Shown: positions 46,447-59,165, numbered from the stretch's first letter. The stretch: DNA of 64,000 bases from Nitrospirales bacterium (GCA_965203295.1 CBDBCZ010000013.1:704001-768000); one strand, 5' to 3'. A program made the numbers and translations. Notes: generated by a model not told the origin, from the sequence alone.

Positions 46447-46556
46447 TAGCCTCGTTCCCAGGCTCTCTGCCCAGCTTTTTTTCGCACGTAGTAAAATAAC
46501 CGCTTATTTTACTACGTGCGAAAAAAAGCTGGGCAGAGAGCCTGGGAACGAGGCTA
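46447..46556. mobile_element. Perfect palindromic MITE with a 9-bp TSD (AcademH-like non-autonomous family)
   Basis: ACAATAGTC|TAGCCTCGTTCCCAGGC ... GCCTGGGAACGAGGCTA|ACAATAGTC. Relatives lie at about 25000, 35182, 42360 and 61061. Confidence 0.85.
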
Positions 46557-47144
46557 ACAATAGTCCACTAAGGCTTGGGGAACTTGAAGGATGAGAGGGG
46601 TGGTTAACATGCCCATCGGGCCGGCTGTGTTGAATTAGCAATATCCACCTTTGTTTGGAACCGACTGTCAGTCTGCAACTTTTACTAGCCGTTTGAGGAG
46701 ATCATATAATCATTATCACTACAGTCAATTACAGCTATGAGTGGTACATCAACAGCATATTAACGATACTGCCATGAACCTTACTGTCTTAAAGTTTCAG
46801 CTATTAGCTTATAGTTGTAGCCTATTAATGGTATAGCCAAGGGGTGGGTGGATACTACTGAATAATGGACAGATATTACATCATGAGTGGTTAATGTGCA
46901 GAGTATAGTACACATCATCACAGCCTTTTCTACATTTTTGAGAAACATCACGTCTATACTGCCCATACCCTAATCATAACAAAATATTTAAAAATAAGGA
47001 TGTCATGTAAAGTGAACATTTCCTTGTCATCTAAATTTTTGCAGTATATTATAAAATTGGTTAACTTGCTAGTTGTTACAGTAACTCCCTGATCATGACC
47101 TCATTCTCCAATAGCCCAAGCTCATGTTGCTTTAGTTAATTAAT

Positions 47145-47392
47145 TCACTGACAGTACTTTGTTCTCAGTTCCCCAGCCAGTACTGCTCTCCCAGAAACTC
47201 CACCGCTTCAACGATGGCTCTCCACGTTGGAGCAGGGTCCACTCCCTGCAGCCAGGTGGACAGCATCTCCACAAGGCAGTCCTGAGAACTGTGTTGTCTG
47301 TCATGGGCAATGGTGTCCAGAGTGGATGGTGAAAGCTCTAGGTAGACACCATGCAAGGTGTTTCCATTTATGAGCCACCTTGTGATACAGCT
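47145..47392 (-). pseudogene. Death-domain pseudogene, paralog of 41833-42116
   Basis: LYHKVAHKWKHL / GVYLELSPSTLDTIAH..CLVEMLSTWLQGVDPAPTWRAIVEAVEFLGE, with frameshifts. Confidence 0.85.
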
Positions 47393-47680
47393 AGTAACAT
47401 TTTGCAGCTGTGCAATAAAACTCTGCTGTTGATCAGTTATACTCTGCTATTGTTCAATCCCATTTTGGATTTGTTCAATAATAATCTGTTGCTGCATGCT
47501 CTGTTTTGTTTACCAGAGTACGTAACATTATACACATTCAGAAACTTTCTTCACATGAAATTGTACATTCTCATCTAAGTGAGTCTGCATGTGCTGTCGC
47601 TGGCACTCAACTTCACTCCAGCATAGCTGAACTCACACTTGATTACTTGCAGGGGGCAGGTTTCTTCCAGATGTTTTGGG
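47393..47680 (-). pseudogene. TRAF fragment (last zinc finger plus coiled coil)
   Basis: KHLEETCPLQVIKCEFSYAG..CQRQHMQTHL..QQQSFIAQLQNVT, nearly identical to the adjacent TRAF genes. Its 5' end is cut by a hAT MITE remnant. Confidence 0.85.
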
Positions 47681-47681
47681 A

Positions 47682-47853
47682 GTAGTGTTGTCTTAGTTAA
47701 CTGAAACTAAAAAACAAAAGTATTTTAGTTCGAGCAAAAACAGATTAGTTAAGTAACTAAAACTAAAACATCAAGGGCACTGGCCTCTGGGAATAAACTA
47801 TATAACAACAGCTAATATTTTTTCCACTAAAATCAGCCCATTAGTTATGGTTA
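47682..47853. mobile_element. Truncated copy of the hAT MITE at 18393-18697
   Basis: TAGTGTTGTCTTAGTTAACTG..ACTAAAA..CAAGGG..TGGCCTCTG matches the reverse complement of that element. Confidence 0.7.
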
Positions 47854-48046
47854 ATGTGAGACTGGGACAGGCCTACCACTTCACCATCAACAACATCAAC
47901 AATTTATATAATTAAAGTACATGTACGGTTCATACAATTTTGAAACCAAAATGTAAGCATGCATATATATACATCTTCCACATAATAACATTGTACGAGT
48001 AAAAATGTGATAACTACATGTATCAGGAAAAAGAACAAACAACGAT

Positions 48047-49342
48047 TCAGATGCTCTTAACGACAATGTTTGATATTCGGAACTTGAGGCAGTTATTTTT
48101 AAGATACTCTTTGTTTTCGGTGTTGAGTTCGGTATGCGCTATGAATTCATGATTGCCCAAGCCAGTGGCTCTCTTCCTTCCCACCACTCTGCCTGAACAC
48201 TCGACACCTGAACGATCATTAAAGTGAATTGTCTTCTCCCAATGTCCCTCGTCCCTGCTCTGGTTCAGCAGCTGTATTGTGACGTCCCCACGAAAGGGCC
48301 ACTTCAGCTGGTCATCGTACTCTCCTTGGTTTAGGTAGCAAAACACTGAGACATGCGTGCCTCTACCATCACCATAGCCACGGGCAACCACACACAAACA
48401 CATCTTGTACCCTCCAATGTGGGAGTAGAATGGAAAACTGTGCCACCAATCACCTGCTTTCTTGAACTTTACAAACTCAGCCATCACAATTTCAGGTGGT
48501 GTGATAAAGACCGGGACTAGCGGCTTCTGCACATCAAAATACACTAGTGCCACAATCTGTTTCTGCTGCTGTTGAGTAACATTTTCCAGCTGTTCGATAA
48601 CACTCTGTTGTTGCTTGGTTTTCTTCAGCAGAGTAACGGTGCATTGAGAAACTTTGATCAGATGAGACTGTACATCCTCCTCTAAGTGAGTCTGCATGTG
48701 CTGTCGCTGGCACTCAACTTCACATCCAGCGTAGCTAAACTCACACTTGATTACTTGCAGGGGGCAGGTTTCTTCCAGATGTTTTAGGAGGTGCTGTCGC
48801 TCAATCACAGTCTCTCTACATTTGTTTGGGCACCCCATGGGGTATTTCTTGCAGATAGCTACATGCTCATTGGTGACTTCAACATAAGCAGCTTTGTAGT
48901 TGCAATATTGGCAAGTGACTGGACGACTGGGACAATCATCTGCCTTGTGCCCCTGGAGCTCACCTCGCTGGAAAAAACCACCACAGGAGTAAGGGCAGGC
49001 CACTCTCACAAACTGGCACTCTCCCTCAACTGAGTTCCAGCGCAGATGTTTGCCATGACTGCCCAACTCCCCCACCCACTCACACCCCAGATGGCAGCGA
49101 ACTTGGAGCTCATTGACTTTACGCTTGAAATATTTATCGGGTATGGAATTGAGATTTCTCTCCTTGCATATGGGGCAGGGCTGTCCCTGTAGCTTGGTCA
49201 CAGCCTCTTTTGAGAGGTGGTTCCCACAGCATGCTGTCAAGAAGGGCTCTCGAAGGAGTTCAAAGGTGATTGGGCAGTAGAAGTCTCCAGATGGCTTCTC
49301 AACAAAGTCATAGTCATCTTCAGTGACTGGAAGGGAGGCCAT
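48047..49342 (-). CDS. TNF receptor-associated factor (TRAF)-like protein, intronless, 431 aa
   Basis: RING-like N-terminus, TRAF zinc fingers, Gln-rich coiled coil and MATH domain (FYSHIGGYKMCL..THVSVF..GEYDDQLKWPFRG..YLKNNCLKF). Confidence 0.93.
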   Translation of the reverse strand: MASLPVTEDDYDFVEKPSGDFYCPITFELLREPFLTACCGNHLSKEAVTKLQGQPCPICKERNLNSIPDKYFKRKVNELQVRCHLGCEWVGELGSHGKHLRWNSVEGECQFVRVACPYSCGGFFQRGELQGHKADDCPSRPVTCQYCNYKAAYVEVTNEHVAICKKYPMGCPNKCRETVIERQHLLKHLEETCPLQVIKCEFSYAGCEVECQRQHMQTHLEEDVQSHLIKVSQCTVTLLKKTKQQQSVIEQLENVTQQQQKQIVALVYFDVQKPLVPVFITPPEIVMAEFVKFKKAGDWWHSFPFYSHIGGYKMCLCVVARGYGDGRGTHVSVFCYLNQGEYDDQLKWPFRGDVTIQLLNQSRDEGHWEKTIHFNDRSGVECSGRVVGRKRATGLGNHEFIAHTELNTENKEYLKNNCLKFRISNIVVKSI

Positions 49343-50080
49343 ATCTCTTAGAACATGCAGCAGTAAGTATTGGACTGAAAAGCAACTTTTTACAGTTTTA
49401 GGGGCGGTAACTGTGGAAGGTGGAACTACAGGACTATCAGGTGGTAATCTGTGTCCTATTCACAGCTATGAATAGCTATGTCACACAAAGGCATGGATCA
49501 TACACTCCTTTATTCATGTAGTGATATAATCTGCACTGTAGCAGGAAAAGCTACATGAATACATGTAGCTACAGCTATCAATTAAGCAAGTAATACACAC
49601 ATGTGCATGGGTGCCCAATATCTGGGTATAGCAGTTCTCATCTCTTTCATTTTGTTAGCTAGTAATTAATTAAGAGCCAAGAAATAGAGCAACAGTCACA
49701 AACGTCACCTATCACTGTGCAGTACCCATGTATATACCTCTATATACACCCACTCCTTATAACTGCAGGTGAAGGGTGATGTGTGGGACACACCATGATG
49801 ATTTAATATAATAGGAATCAGACCAATAATATTGCTACTATAAAGTTCATGTTTCAGAAGCACGCATGCAGGGAAACATTAGTCAATGTCCGCCCTGCCA
49901 TAATTCTTGTGCCACAGCAATGAAGGCCTAGGTACGTATGTAAAATAATATGAAGAAATAAAGAAATGCATACAATAGTGCACTACACGGTTGTTCATCA
50001 TGATCAGTCATGCACAATACAAGGAAAAAGTGTGGTAACTAAAATATGGAAACAAAACAACCACCAGCACTAGCTAGGTA

Positions 50081-51670
50081 TCAGGTGCTCTTAATGACAA
50101 CGTTTGATATTTTGAACTTGAGGCAGTCATTTTTAAGATACTCAGTGTTTTCAGCGTTGAGGTCGGTATGGGCTATGAATTCATGATAGCCCCAGCCAGC
50201 GGCTCGATCCTTCCCCAGCACTCTGCCAGCAACATTATCACCTGCTCTATCATCAAATGTAACAGTCCTCTCATAATGTCCCTTATTACTGCTCTGATTC
50301 AGCAGCTGTATCACGATGTCTCCACGAAAGGGCCACTTCAGCTGGCCATCATATTCTCCATGTTCTAGAACACAAAACACTGAGACATGCCTGCCTTTAC
50401 CATAACTATCGTCACTGGCAACCACAAGCAAACACATCTTGTACCCTCCGATGTGGGAGTAGAAGGGAGGACTGTGCCACCTGTCACGTGCTTTCTTGTG
50501 CTTCTCAAACTCAGTCATCACAATGTCAGGTGGTGTGATAAAGGCATGCGGCTTGTGGACATTTACATGTAAGTACGTGAGTGCGACAATCTGTTTCTGC
50601 TGCTGTTCAGTAACATTGTCCAGCTGTGCAATAATACTCTGCTGTTGATCGATGACACTCTGCTGTTGCTCTGTTTTGTTTAGCAGAGTAATGGTGCATT
50701 GAGAAACTTTGATCAGATGAGACTGTATATCCTCCTTCAAGTGAACCTGCATGTGCTGTCGCTGGTGCTCAACTTCACATCCAGCGTAGCTAAACTCACA
50801 CTTGATCACTTGCAGGGGGCAGGTTTCTTCCAGATGTTTTGTAAGGAACTGCCGCTCAATCACAGTCTCCCCACATTTGTTTGGGCACTCCATAGGGTAC
50901 TTCTGGCAAATATCCCAGTGCGCATTGGTGACTTCGACATAGGTAGCTTTGTAGTTGCAATATCGGCAAGTGAATGGGCGGATGAAGCAATCCTCTGCCT
51001 TGTGTTTCGTGAGCTGACGTTGCTGGAAACCACCACCACAGTCATAAGGGCAGGCCACCGTCACAAACTCGCACTCTCCCTCCTCAGAACCATCATTCAA
51101 ATGTTGGTCAAGATCACCTCGCTCACCAGCCCACTGACAACTCAGACTCTTGTTGGGACAGTCGACAGGATGCTTTGTGCAAATCGGCCAGTGATCTCTG
51201 GTCACTGTGATGTAGGTGGCATTGTGGCCACAGTACTGGCAGGTGAACGGTCGGTTGGGACAATCGTTTGCCTTGTGCCCCTCGAGCTGACATCGTTTAA
51301 AACCATCGCCACAGGAGTAAGGGCATGCCACTTTCGCAAACTGGCACTCTCCCTCAATACTCACATGTCTGCCAAGTTCACCCAACTCTCCCACCCATTC
51401 ACACCCCAGGCTCTTGTTTGGGCAGTAAACTTTGAACTCATTGACTTTGCGCTTGAAGTACTTATCAGGCATGGTATCAACATTTCTCTCCATGCACATA
51501 GGGCAGGGCTGTCCCTCTAGCCTGGTCACAGCCTGTCGTGAGAGGTGGTTGCCACAGCATGTTGTCTGGTGGGGCTCTCGGAGGAGTTCAAAGGTGATCG
51601 GACAGTAGAAGTCTTCTGATGGCTTCTCAACAAAGTCATAGTTATCTTCAGTAGCTGGAAGGGAGGCCAT
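50081..51670 (-). CDS. TRAF-like protein, intronless, 529 aa
   Basis: Same architecture with an extra block of zinc fingers. MATH motif WHSPPFYSHIGGYKMCL..KWPFRG. Confidence 0.93.
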   Translation of the reverse strand: MASLPATEDNYDFVEKPSEDFYCPITFELLREPHQTTCCGNHLSRQAVTRLEGQPCPMCMERNVDTMPDKYFKRKVNEFKVYCPNKSLGCEWVGELGELGRHVSIEGECQFAKVACPYSCGDGFKRCQLEGHKANDCPNRPFTCQYCGHNATYITVTRDHWPICTKHPVDCPNKSLSCQWAGERGDLDQHLNDGSEEGECEFVTVACPYDCGGGFQQRQLTKHKAEDCFIRPFTCRYCNYKATYVEVTNAHWDICQKYPMECPNKCGETVIERQFLTKHLEETCPLQVIKCEFSYAGCEVEHQRQHMQVHLKEDIQSHLIKVSQCTITLLNKTEQQQSVIDQQQSIIAQLDNVTEQQQKQIVALTYLHVNVHKPHAFITPPDIVMTEFEKHKKARDRWHSPPFYSHIGGYKMCLLVVASDDSYGKGRHVSVFCVLEHGEYDGQLKWPFRGDIVIQLLNQSSNKGHYERTVTFDDRAGDNVAGRVLGKDRAAGWGYHEFIAHTDLNAENTEYLKNDCLKFKISNVVIKST

Positions 51671-52949
51671 ACCTCTTAGCAGTCCCGCAGCAGTATATAG
51701 AACGTTGAAAATGCTGTCACGTGGTAATGGTAATCACAGCTGCTATATAGCGCGCGCCGCGCCTGGCGTCTACGCGCGTAGCCAGGCTCTGGAGCCGTGC
51801 GGAATGGAGACAGGGAATTGTGTGAATCTGATATGGAGATCTTATCTGCAGCGCTTCAGTACTAGCTGATTTTCTACAGCAAAAGGATTAGTCTCGCGGG
51901 ACTATAAAAGGATAGGACTAGACGTCCAAAAATCCCTTCAAATGGAAGGTGTCATTAATCATGGTTCTACTGTAGTTAAAGTTGAATGGAAGTGTGGGTA
52001 TGCAGCTGACACTTAGGTAGCTAGCTATACGTAACAGCATTCTGCATGCATGCTTCTTTTATTCCTGAACCATAGTGGTAGGTAAATGGCAAAATTAATA
52101 GCTGAATTGAAGGGCTGAGGAGCATAGTGGGCTAACCCACAAACATTGAATTAGCTTCTCCAAACTGTCTTACCCACAGTAAGAAAGAAATTGTCATATA
52201 CTTCAGTGGGTTGTTTTGAGTTTCTAAATGAGTGAACACAGTCAAGATCCATTAGTGATGATAAATTACTGCAATTGCTAATTACACAGTTCTTGGTCAA
52301 GCATTTTGCACTAATGACCAAGAATTTGAAAACGCATTAGCGAATAGCGATGATGGTTTCCCTCCATACACATATCAATTTGGGTTATGGTACATGTAGT
52401 GTTCACTCATTGGAAACTTCAAGAAGTCAACAACCCACTGCTGGTGAAATTACATGCATGTTTGTGCAATTCATACATTTGATTTTGGGTTGGCCCACTC
52501 TTGTTCTGAGCCCTTCAATTCATGGTTGGTATGGATGTATGTTAAGCCATTTCTTCATACTGATCTCCAAGAGGAAATTCTTTATCACATGACTCAGATT
52601 GTGACCATATGATAGATGATCCTGTGGTAGGTATTGCTTAATGATACAACCTTATATGTTACAACATTTATTGCATTTGTATTCTCCAGACTCCCAAACC
52701 ACTGAGTACCGGTACCATGACTACTGCCAGCATTTGCAACAATCATCATGCCTACACGAAATTGAAGCGGTCCACTGCAAAAAGGGGAGCTTTATCAGAG
52801 AATAGATATCAACTGCTCTGTGCTGCTGTGAGGGGTAATTCGAACCACAGTCCTCATTGACAAGTTGACAAAGTTATCTAGCAGAATCTGAGTTTTTTTG
52901 TACTCTGGAAGCTGCAAGCTGAACCCCATTGAATACGAAGAGAACCAAG

Positions 52950-53330
52950 CACTTTATTGACTCACTATCCGGTGAAAAAAGAAAAGAAGCGGTTCATGGA
53001 AGACGAGCTCGAGAAATTGTTCAACAATATATTGCATCGTCCATGAGGTAGGACATGCAGAAAGGATGGCATACAAGACATTCCGCCAGCAGTGTAAATG
53101 CAAGTGCATCAGGAAGATTGCACAAGAGAAAGCACAATATACTGGAACACGTCAACAAATGAAAACTTTAAAACAATAAATCCACCTCCTCAACTAATTC
53201 GTACAGAAACAATGAATCGATGAAGCGTGTCAGAATAGATTTGATGGCCCTAAGAGTCCTCTACTTTCATAATTGAGCCACAAGTATCGCTTCATTTTGT
53301 CAGTTATGGATTGTTTTCCCAAGTATAATA
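52950..53330 (+). pseudogene. Relic of a Ginger/Gypsy-type integrase
   Basis: Fragmented motifs HEVGHAE..YKTF, PPPQLIRT, RVRIDLM and HKYRFILSVMDCFPKY across frames. Confidence 0.55.
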
Positions 53331-55339
53331 TATTAAGTCTTCTGATGGTTTCATCCTTAGTAGCTCCATAACCCTTAGCAGTGAGTAATTTGATAAACTG
53401 AAAAAATCTATTTAGCTACAGTTTAAGTGTACCATTATGACTACTGACTGGACGTCATGTGACACGTACACGTACTCTGTAGCTAGCGATCCTACCGAAT
53501 GACAGCATATCATATATATAAAATTTCTCATGCAGTGCCACGAATCGGGACTCGTACACATAGTGTACAATTTTAAAATCTATGGTTTATGGCTTTGTAG
53601 CAAAAGACGTGGGAATAACTCTACATTCTAGACTGACGACATAAGCCAAGCGGCGGGCGGTTTCTCGATACCGAGCGATAATTATAATTATATCGCCGCC
53701 ACTTATTCTCTGAGAACGCCATGAGTCCGTAGCAGCGTTGTATGAGACAGCTAGCCTTGTTATTGGAAGTACTACTGCAGTTTGTAGTCTGTTAATTTTT
53801 ATCCGCATGGGGAAGGCCCTGAAAATAGATCCGCTAAACGTCACTATTAACCGTGCAGGCATGCACGATATTATTCATAACGTGTACTGCATGGAATGGG
53901 GGTTTCCAATCCCTGTCTGTCAAAACCATGCATGCCATCGCTGGAAGGTATTAAGCTTATCCATGAGTATACTTTAGTGCAAACTGGACTAAAGAGCGAG
54001 TCGCCAGTGACAGCATCTTCATTTCTGCCGGGCTTCACGTACCGCGGTATTCAAAAGTGAGTAATACACTACATTGATAGTACACGTAGCACAGTGTAAA
54101 CCGGTCTCCATGCATAAAAATTTCAGGCAATGCTTATAATTATAGCAGTGTATAAAATGATGGGATTAGAAAGGTCTGTATGAGGGCCCCTTTGTAATTC
54201 TGTATCTGACGAACTTATGATGGGAGGGAGCTCGAGGGTGGAGCTTGTTCAATTGCAATTGCATGGATACATACAGGCTAGTATAAAGTGCACATAATTA
54301 TGCAAAAAATAAACAGTGTTACAGTACTGTAGAGTACGTATCAAGCGTCCACCATGTATTTAGCTCCCACCCCCCTCTTCAGTGTTAACTTCCTGCAGCA
54401 TTCATGATAGTATGGGGCACGAGAGAGTAGTGAAGAGTGTTAGTGCAGCCATTAGGTTGACAAAAATAAAGAGGTTGTATGGCCTGCATCTGTATACTGA
54501 CTCAGGGGACAAAAATGTCACCAGAAATGTAGCACAATCCGTAAGCAAATGACTGTGTAAATGTAGCTAAGATGTAATCAGTAGTTGAGCAAATTTCAGC
54601 AGAAAAGTTTCAAGGAGTAATTTAACTTAACCAACTGAAATTCAGTAAATCGTAAGTACCTGTACACAAAATACTTCTTGCAGACATTAAAATAAGCTAA
54701 ATCAGGTGATGTACGTAATAGCTTGCGTATTTTGATTGTTTGGGTAGAATCCCATTATCGTTATTCACTACGCCTCCACATGTACATTGTATAATTACAG
54801 CCCAAAAACATGAGTGTCAGCAAATGCTACACATACCTTACTTTGGAGTGTACATGTAGTTACAATAACATAGAGTGGCCCAAGGCTAGAGAGTAAAGTT
54901 GGAACAAGTCTGACATTTCATGTCTAAAAAACCAGCCGGACGCCTTTTCCGTACAATACACACAACTCAGCTTAGACCAAGCTATTAAACTACACCTGTA
55001 GAGCCAGAAATACTATATTCCTAGAGCGGTACAGCGAAAGTGCTGACTCAGCAGTTTTGTCATGCACCACCAGTTAGTAGCTATACGCCACCAAAACAGG
55101 ATCTTTACGGCTACCTACCACGTTTTCGCCATCTAGGCAACACAAAACTACCTTCATTTGCTGTAGTTTGGCCCGCAAACCTCCAAAAGCTGCTATACAC
55201 TGCAGTTGCATAGTAATGTATGGCGTAATATTTTGCGCACGTGATAAGCGCGGACGCACAAACAAACAGACAGACAAACAAACAAACAAACAAACAGACG
55301 CGGAAAACGTAAATCAATCTTAGTACCACACTCTAAAAT

Positions 55340-56325
55340 CGTGTATGTAAGAATGACACACCTTTATTGTGCTTATTCTACACGCCAGGGTTACACATTT
55401 CTGTCCCCTGAAATAGCTCATTAAAGTGTGCTTGTGTTACACATTTTGCTACACACTCATGTATGTAAGAATAGCACACTTTTTAGTATGCTTAAATTAC
55501 ACGCCAGGGTTACACATTTCTGTCCCCTGAAATGGCTCACTAAAGTGTGCTTGTGTTAAATGGACACACATTTTGCTGCACACTCATGTATGTAAGAATG
55601 GCACACTTTTTAGTATGCTTAAATTACACGCCAGGTTACACATTTCTGTCCCCTGAAATGACTCACTAAAGTGTGCTTGTGTTAAATGGACACACATTTT
55701 GCTGCACACTCATGTATGTAAGAATGGCACACTTTTTAGTATGCTTAAATTACACGCCAGGTTACACATTTCTGTCCCCTGAAATGGCTCACTAAAGTGT
55801 GCTTGTGTTAAATGGACACACATTTTGCTGCACACTCATGTATGTAAGAATGGCACACTTTTTAGTATGCTTAAATTACACGCCAGGTTACACATTTCTG
55901 TCCCCTGAAATGGCTCACTAAAATGTGCTTGTGTTAAATGGACACACATCTTGCTGCACACTCATGTATGTAAGAATGGCACACTTTTTAGTATGCTTAA
56001 ATTACACGCCAGGTTACACATTTCTGTCCCCTGAAATGGCTCACTAAAGTGTGCTTGTGTTAAATGGACACACATTTTGCTGCACACTCATGTATGTAAG
56101 AATGGCACACTTTTTAGTATGCTTAAATTACACGCCAGGTTACACATTTCTGTCCCCTGAAATGGCTCACTAAAGTGTGCTTGTGTTAAATGGACACACA
56201 TCTTGCTACACACTCACGTATGTAAGAATGGCACACCTTTTAGTATGCTTAAATTACACTCCAGGGTTACACATTTCTGTCCCCTGAAATGGCTCACTAA
56301 AGTGTGCTTGTGTTAAATGGACACA
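55340..56325. repeat. 126-bp tandem array, about 8 copies
   Basis: catgtatgtaagaat recurs at 55458, 55585, 55711, 55837, 55963 and 56089. Confidence 0.95.
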
Positions 56326-58481
56326 TTAATTTTGTGTAGTTGCTACACATAAATCTATTCAAGAATGAAACTTTAAATGAAAAAGTAATCAATATAATGT
56401 CATTACACAGTAAAGAATCCTTATACACCATCAAATTAGCCTTTCAAAATGCAAACATCATCAAATAGTATAAGGCAGAGGTTACAGTACCTTGGCATGC
56501 AAGTACGAACTTCAAACTTCAAAAATAAACAGTCACCTCTTGTCCTGCTTGGTGGAGTTAATTTGTTCTCAAAAACTTCACTTTTTTCTCCAAAGAGCAT
56601 GTATGTCTTTTCTCAGATGAAGCTGTCTTCCTCAAGGCACTGGCACCCATTCAAATTCTTCCATAACCTACATTTAGACATGAATGAAATACACATAATT
56701 ACACTATACCCAAGTCGTTCTAACCAATCAGTTTTCAGCATTACGTGTAGAAAACGGGTCATTCTACCGCAGGAAAAATATATCCCAATTGGCTATTTGA
56801 GGTGGGTATCCTATTCCATTCCAGACATTCAAACGGTGCAGTATCTTGTGGCCGGGGAAGCCTAGACAGAACGTATGGTGTCCATTTTACTCGTACATAT
56901 TTGGAAAGCGATATGAAAAAGTATGCTAATGTACTGTTTTTTTTTAGTTTTGCTGAGATTTTGTGTTTTTGTGTGCATGTGTGGTAACGCTGCCAGCCTA
57001 CCGTTCTGTGTCAAATGGCACTAGGCTAGGGATGGGCGGTTACTTACTGTGGCTCCTAGCTTTCGCTCAGTCTTGCTGTAGTTTTTGGGAGTGTTTTCCC
57101 TGCTGTATCTTAGTCTGCTACTCCGTCTTGATCGAATCTTGATGTTAATTGGCCAAACGATGTAGCCTTTCAAGCTTCTAGCTTTCTTATAGATCTACTA
57201 ATTCTTGTTCGAATGACTTATAGGCATAGTACAAGTTAGATACGTAGATCACTGTGTAGCAGGGTGTATGACCCGTTATCTATCTTGGAAAAGTTATCTT
57301 CCTAGGAAGCCTCGGCAGTTCCTCTGCTTCCACAGGGGATAACTTTCCTGTGGTAGACAATGGGTTGTACACCCTAAAACACAGTATTCTATCCTACGCT
57401 TATTACAGAGTGTTAGGGCAGTATACGTACAGGTGAATATTTGGTTCAAGGCTCACAGTATTGGCTCGACCCAATGCAGAAGCCGAGAACAACCCAACCT
57501 TACTAGTGTAATATTAGGTATATTCTATGACTCCACTGGCTGCACATGGTGGTTGCAGTTTCAAACAGAAGCCACACCCCTGTAGTTCTAAAGCATAGAA
57601 AGTCAATTATTTTACAGCAAATTTTACTGCTACAAGACAACAGATAAACAAGAGAAGGTAGAGAAACTATCCTGCCAGCGGGCAACTAATTCACATATCC
57701 ATTGGTGAGATTTATGTCTACTCTGGGCGAGGAGTCATGATCACTTCCATACAAGATATAGCCATTGTTGTAGCTTTGTTAAGTTTTCTTACAGATGTAG
57801 CCTTTGTTCTCTCTTTTGTCTCTAAGTTACAACTTTCTGTCAATGCGCATGCTGTGCAGCCTAAGACTTCTGTATGTAAAAATGAAAGTAATCATTCTGG
57901 TCATTTGGAGTGTTGAATAGGTACAGTAAAATATTTGTTTGAGCAGGATTAAAAGTATCCCATCAGATTGTAATATTCTAGGACTATCCAATAAATATTG
58001 CTGAACTCCCAGACCCTAGGCTACGATGGAAATAATATAAGGCAAATTTCAGAGCCAGCACTTTCATTAAAAAGTTAAGGGCAACAACCTACCATAATAT
58101 TATACAGCTGTACAACTGACATGAGGCATATTATGTGAGCTTTGAACAATCACAATGTCATGATTTTCATTTTTAACCCGAGTTGCTCAAAAACTCACCC
58201 AACTTGGTATGACCTTACACCGCAATCTCAGAAATAAAGTGCTTGCCATGGAACTTATAACTTTGTCTAGCTAGTGTCTCAACTAGCTGTTGCTGTTCAT
58301 GTGGCATAAAGCAAGTGAATCTGCAGGCTTGCTATATCGTGAGCACCAGAGCAACTGCAATGCTGGTCTTTATGCATGGCTAAATGCTATTTGCTCTCCA
58401 TCAAAATAGCGCCCTATCGCTACAGTTGCTAGATGTGGACGACGTATGATGTGATCATTTAGCTTTCTGTGTAGCTGATAT

Positions 58482-59165
58482 TGTCACGCTGTCGACGATA
58501 CCCCCGGACATAACATCGCTGCCATACAATGGTCTCCCCTTGCTGCGGACGGTCCCCCAGGTTCTATGTTCATAGAAGTTTGACCTACCAGCAGAGGACA
58601 AGATGGACGACAAAGAGGAGAGGAAGCTGCACTGGTGGAGAAGTCCTATCTTAACCCACGGAGAAGAGATATTGAATCGAATGTTCACAGAATGAGAATT
58701 TTATCTGTTGTTATTGCTACTATTATTTAATTCTATTCTAGCTATTACAACTGTAGTTGCAGATTGTTTATCCAGAGCGTAAAGCAATCAACAGCCCGGG
58801 AGCTATGGCGAACAATGGTGGAGTTTCGTAGTGTACATGGCTTGAGGTTAAAAAGTGGGAGGGGTTCCATATAGTCTGTAGCCACTGATTATCGTACAGA
58901 CTGTGACTGTGCCCGAGTTTACTACTGTCTTCCATCATGAAAAGTATCAGTATTGTTGCAGAGGAGATGGCATTTGTAGCTAGATAAATGGGGGAACCAT
59001 TTACAGCAAACTGGGACCATTTATAGTGCCACGGATGGTGCCTGGGGGAACACATACAGTGCCACGAATGGTCCGGGGGGGGGGGGGGGGGGGGGGGGTG
59101 TTGAACTAATTATAATTTCTGCCACAGATGGTCTGGGGGGACCGTGGACCACTTATTGTGTGACA
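58482..59165. mobile_element. TGT...ACA element with a 4-bp TSD (Ginger-like MITE) inside the CACTA
   Basis: ATAT|TGTCAC ... GTGACA|ATAT, with subterminal ggtcc/ggggg repeats and poly-G. Confidence 0.6.

Noticed and set aside
50699..51520. Plus-strand ORF of 273 aa
   Set aside because: It is the antisense shadow of the TRAF CDS.
55340..56325. Regular array as a CRISPR
   Set aside because: The units are near-identical end to end with no unique spacers. The context is eukaryotic with no cas genes.
56449..56865. 138-aa ORF as the CACTA transposase
   Set aside because: No recognisable transposase motifs.
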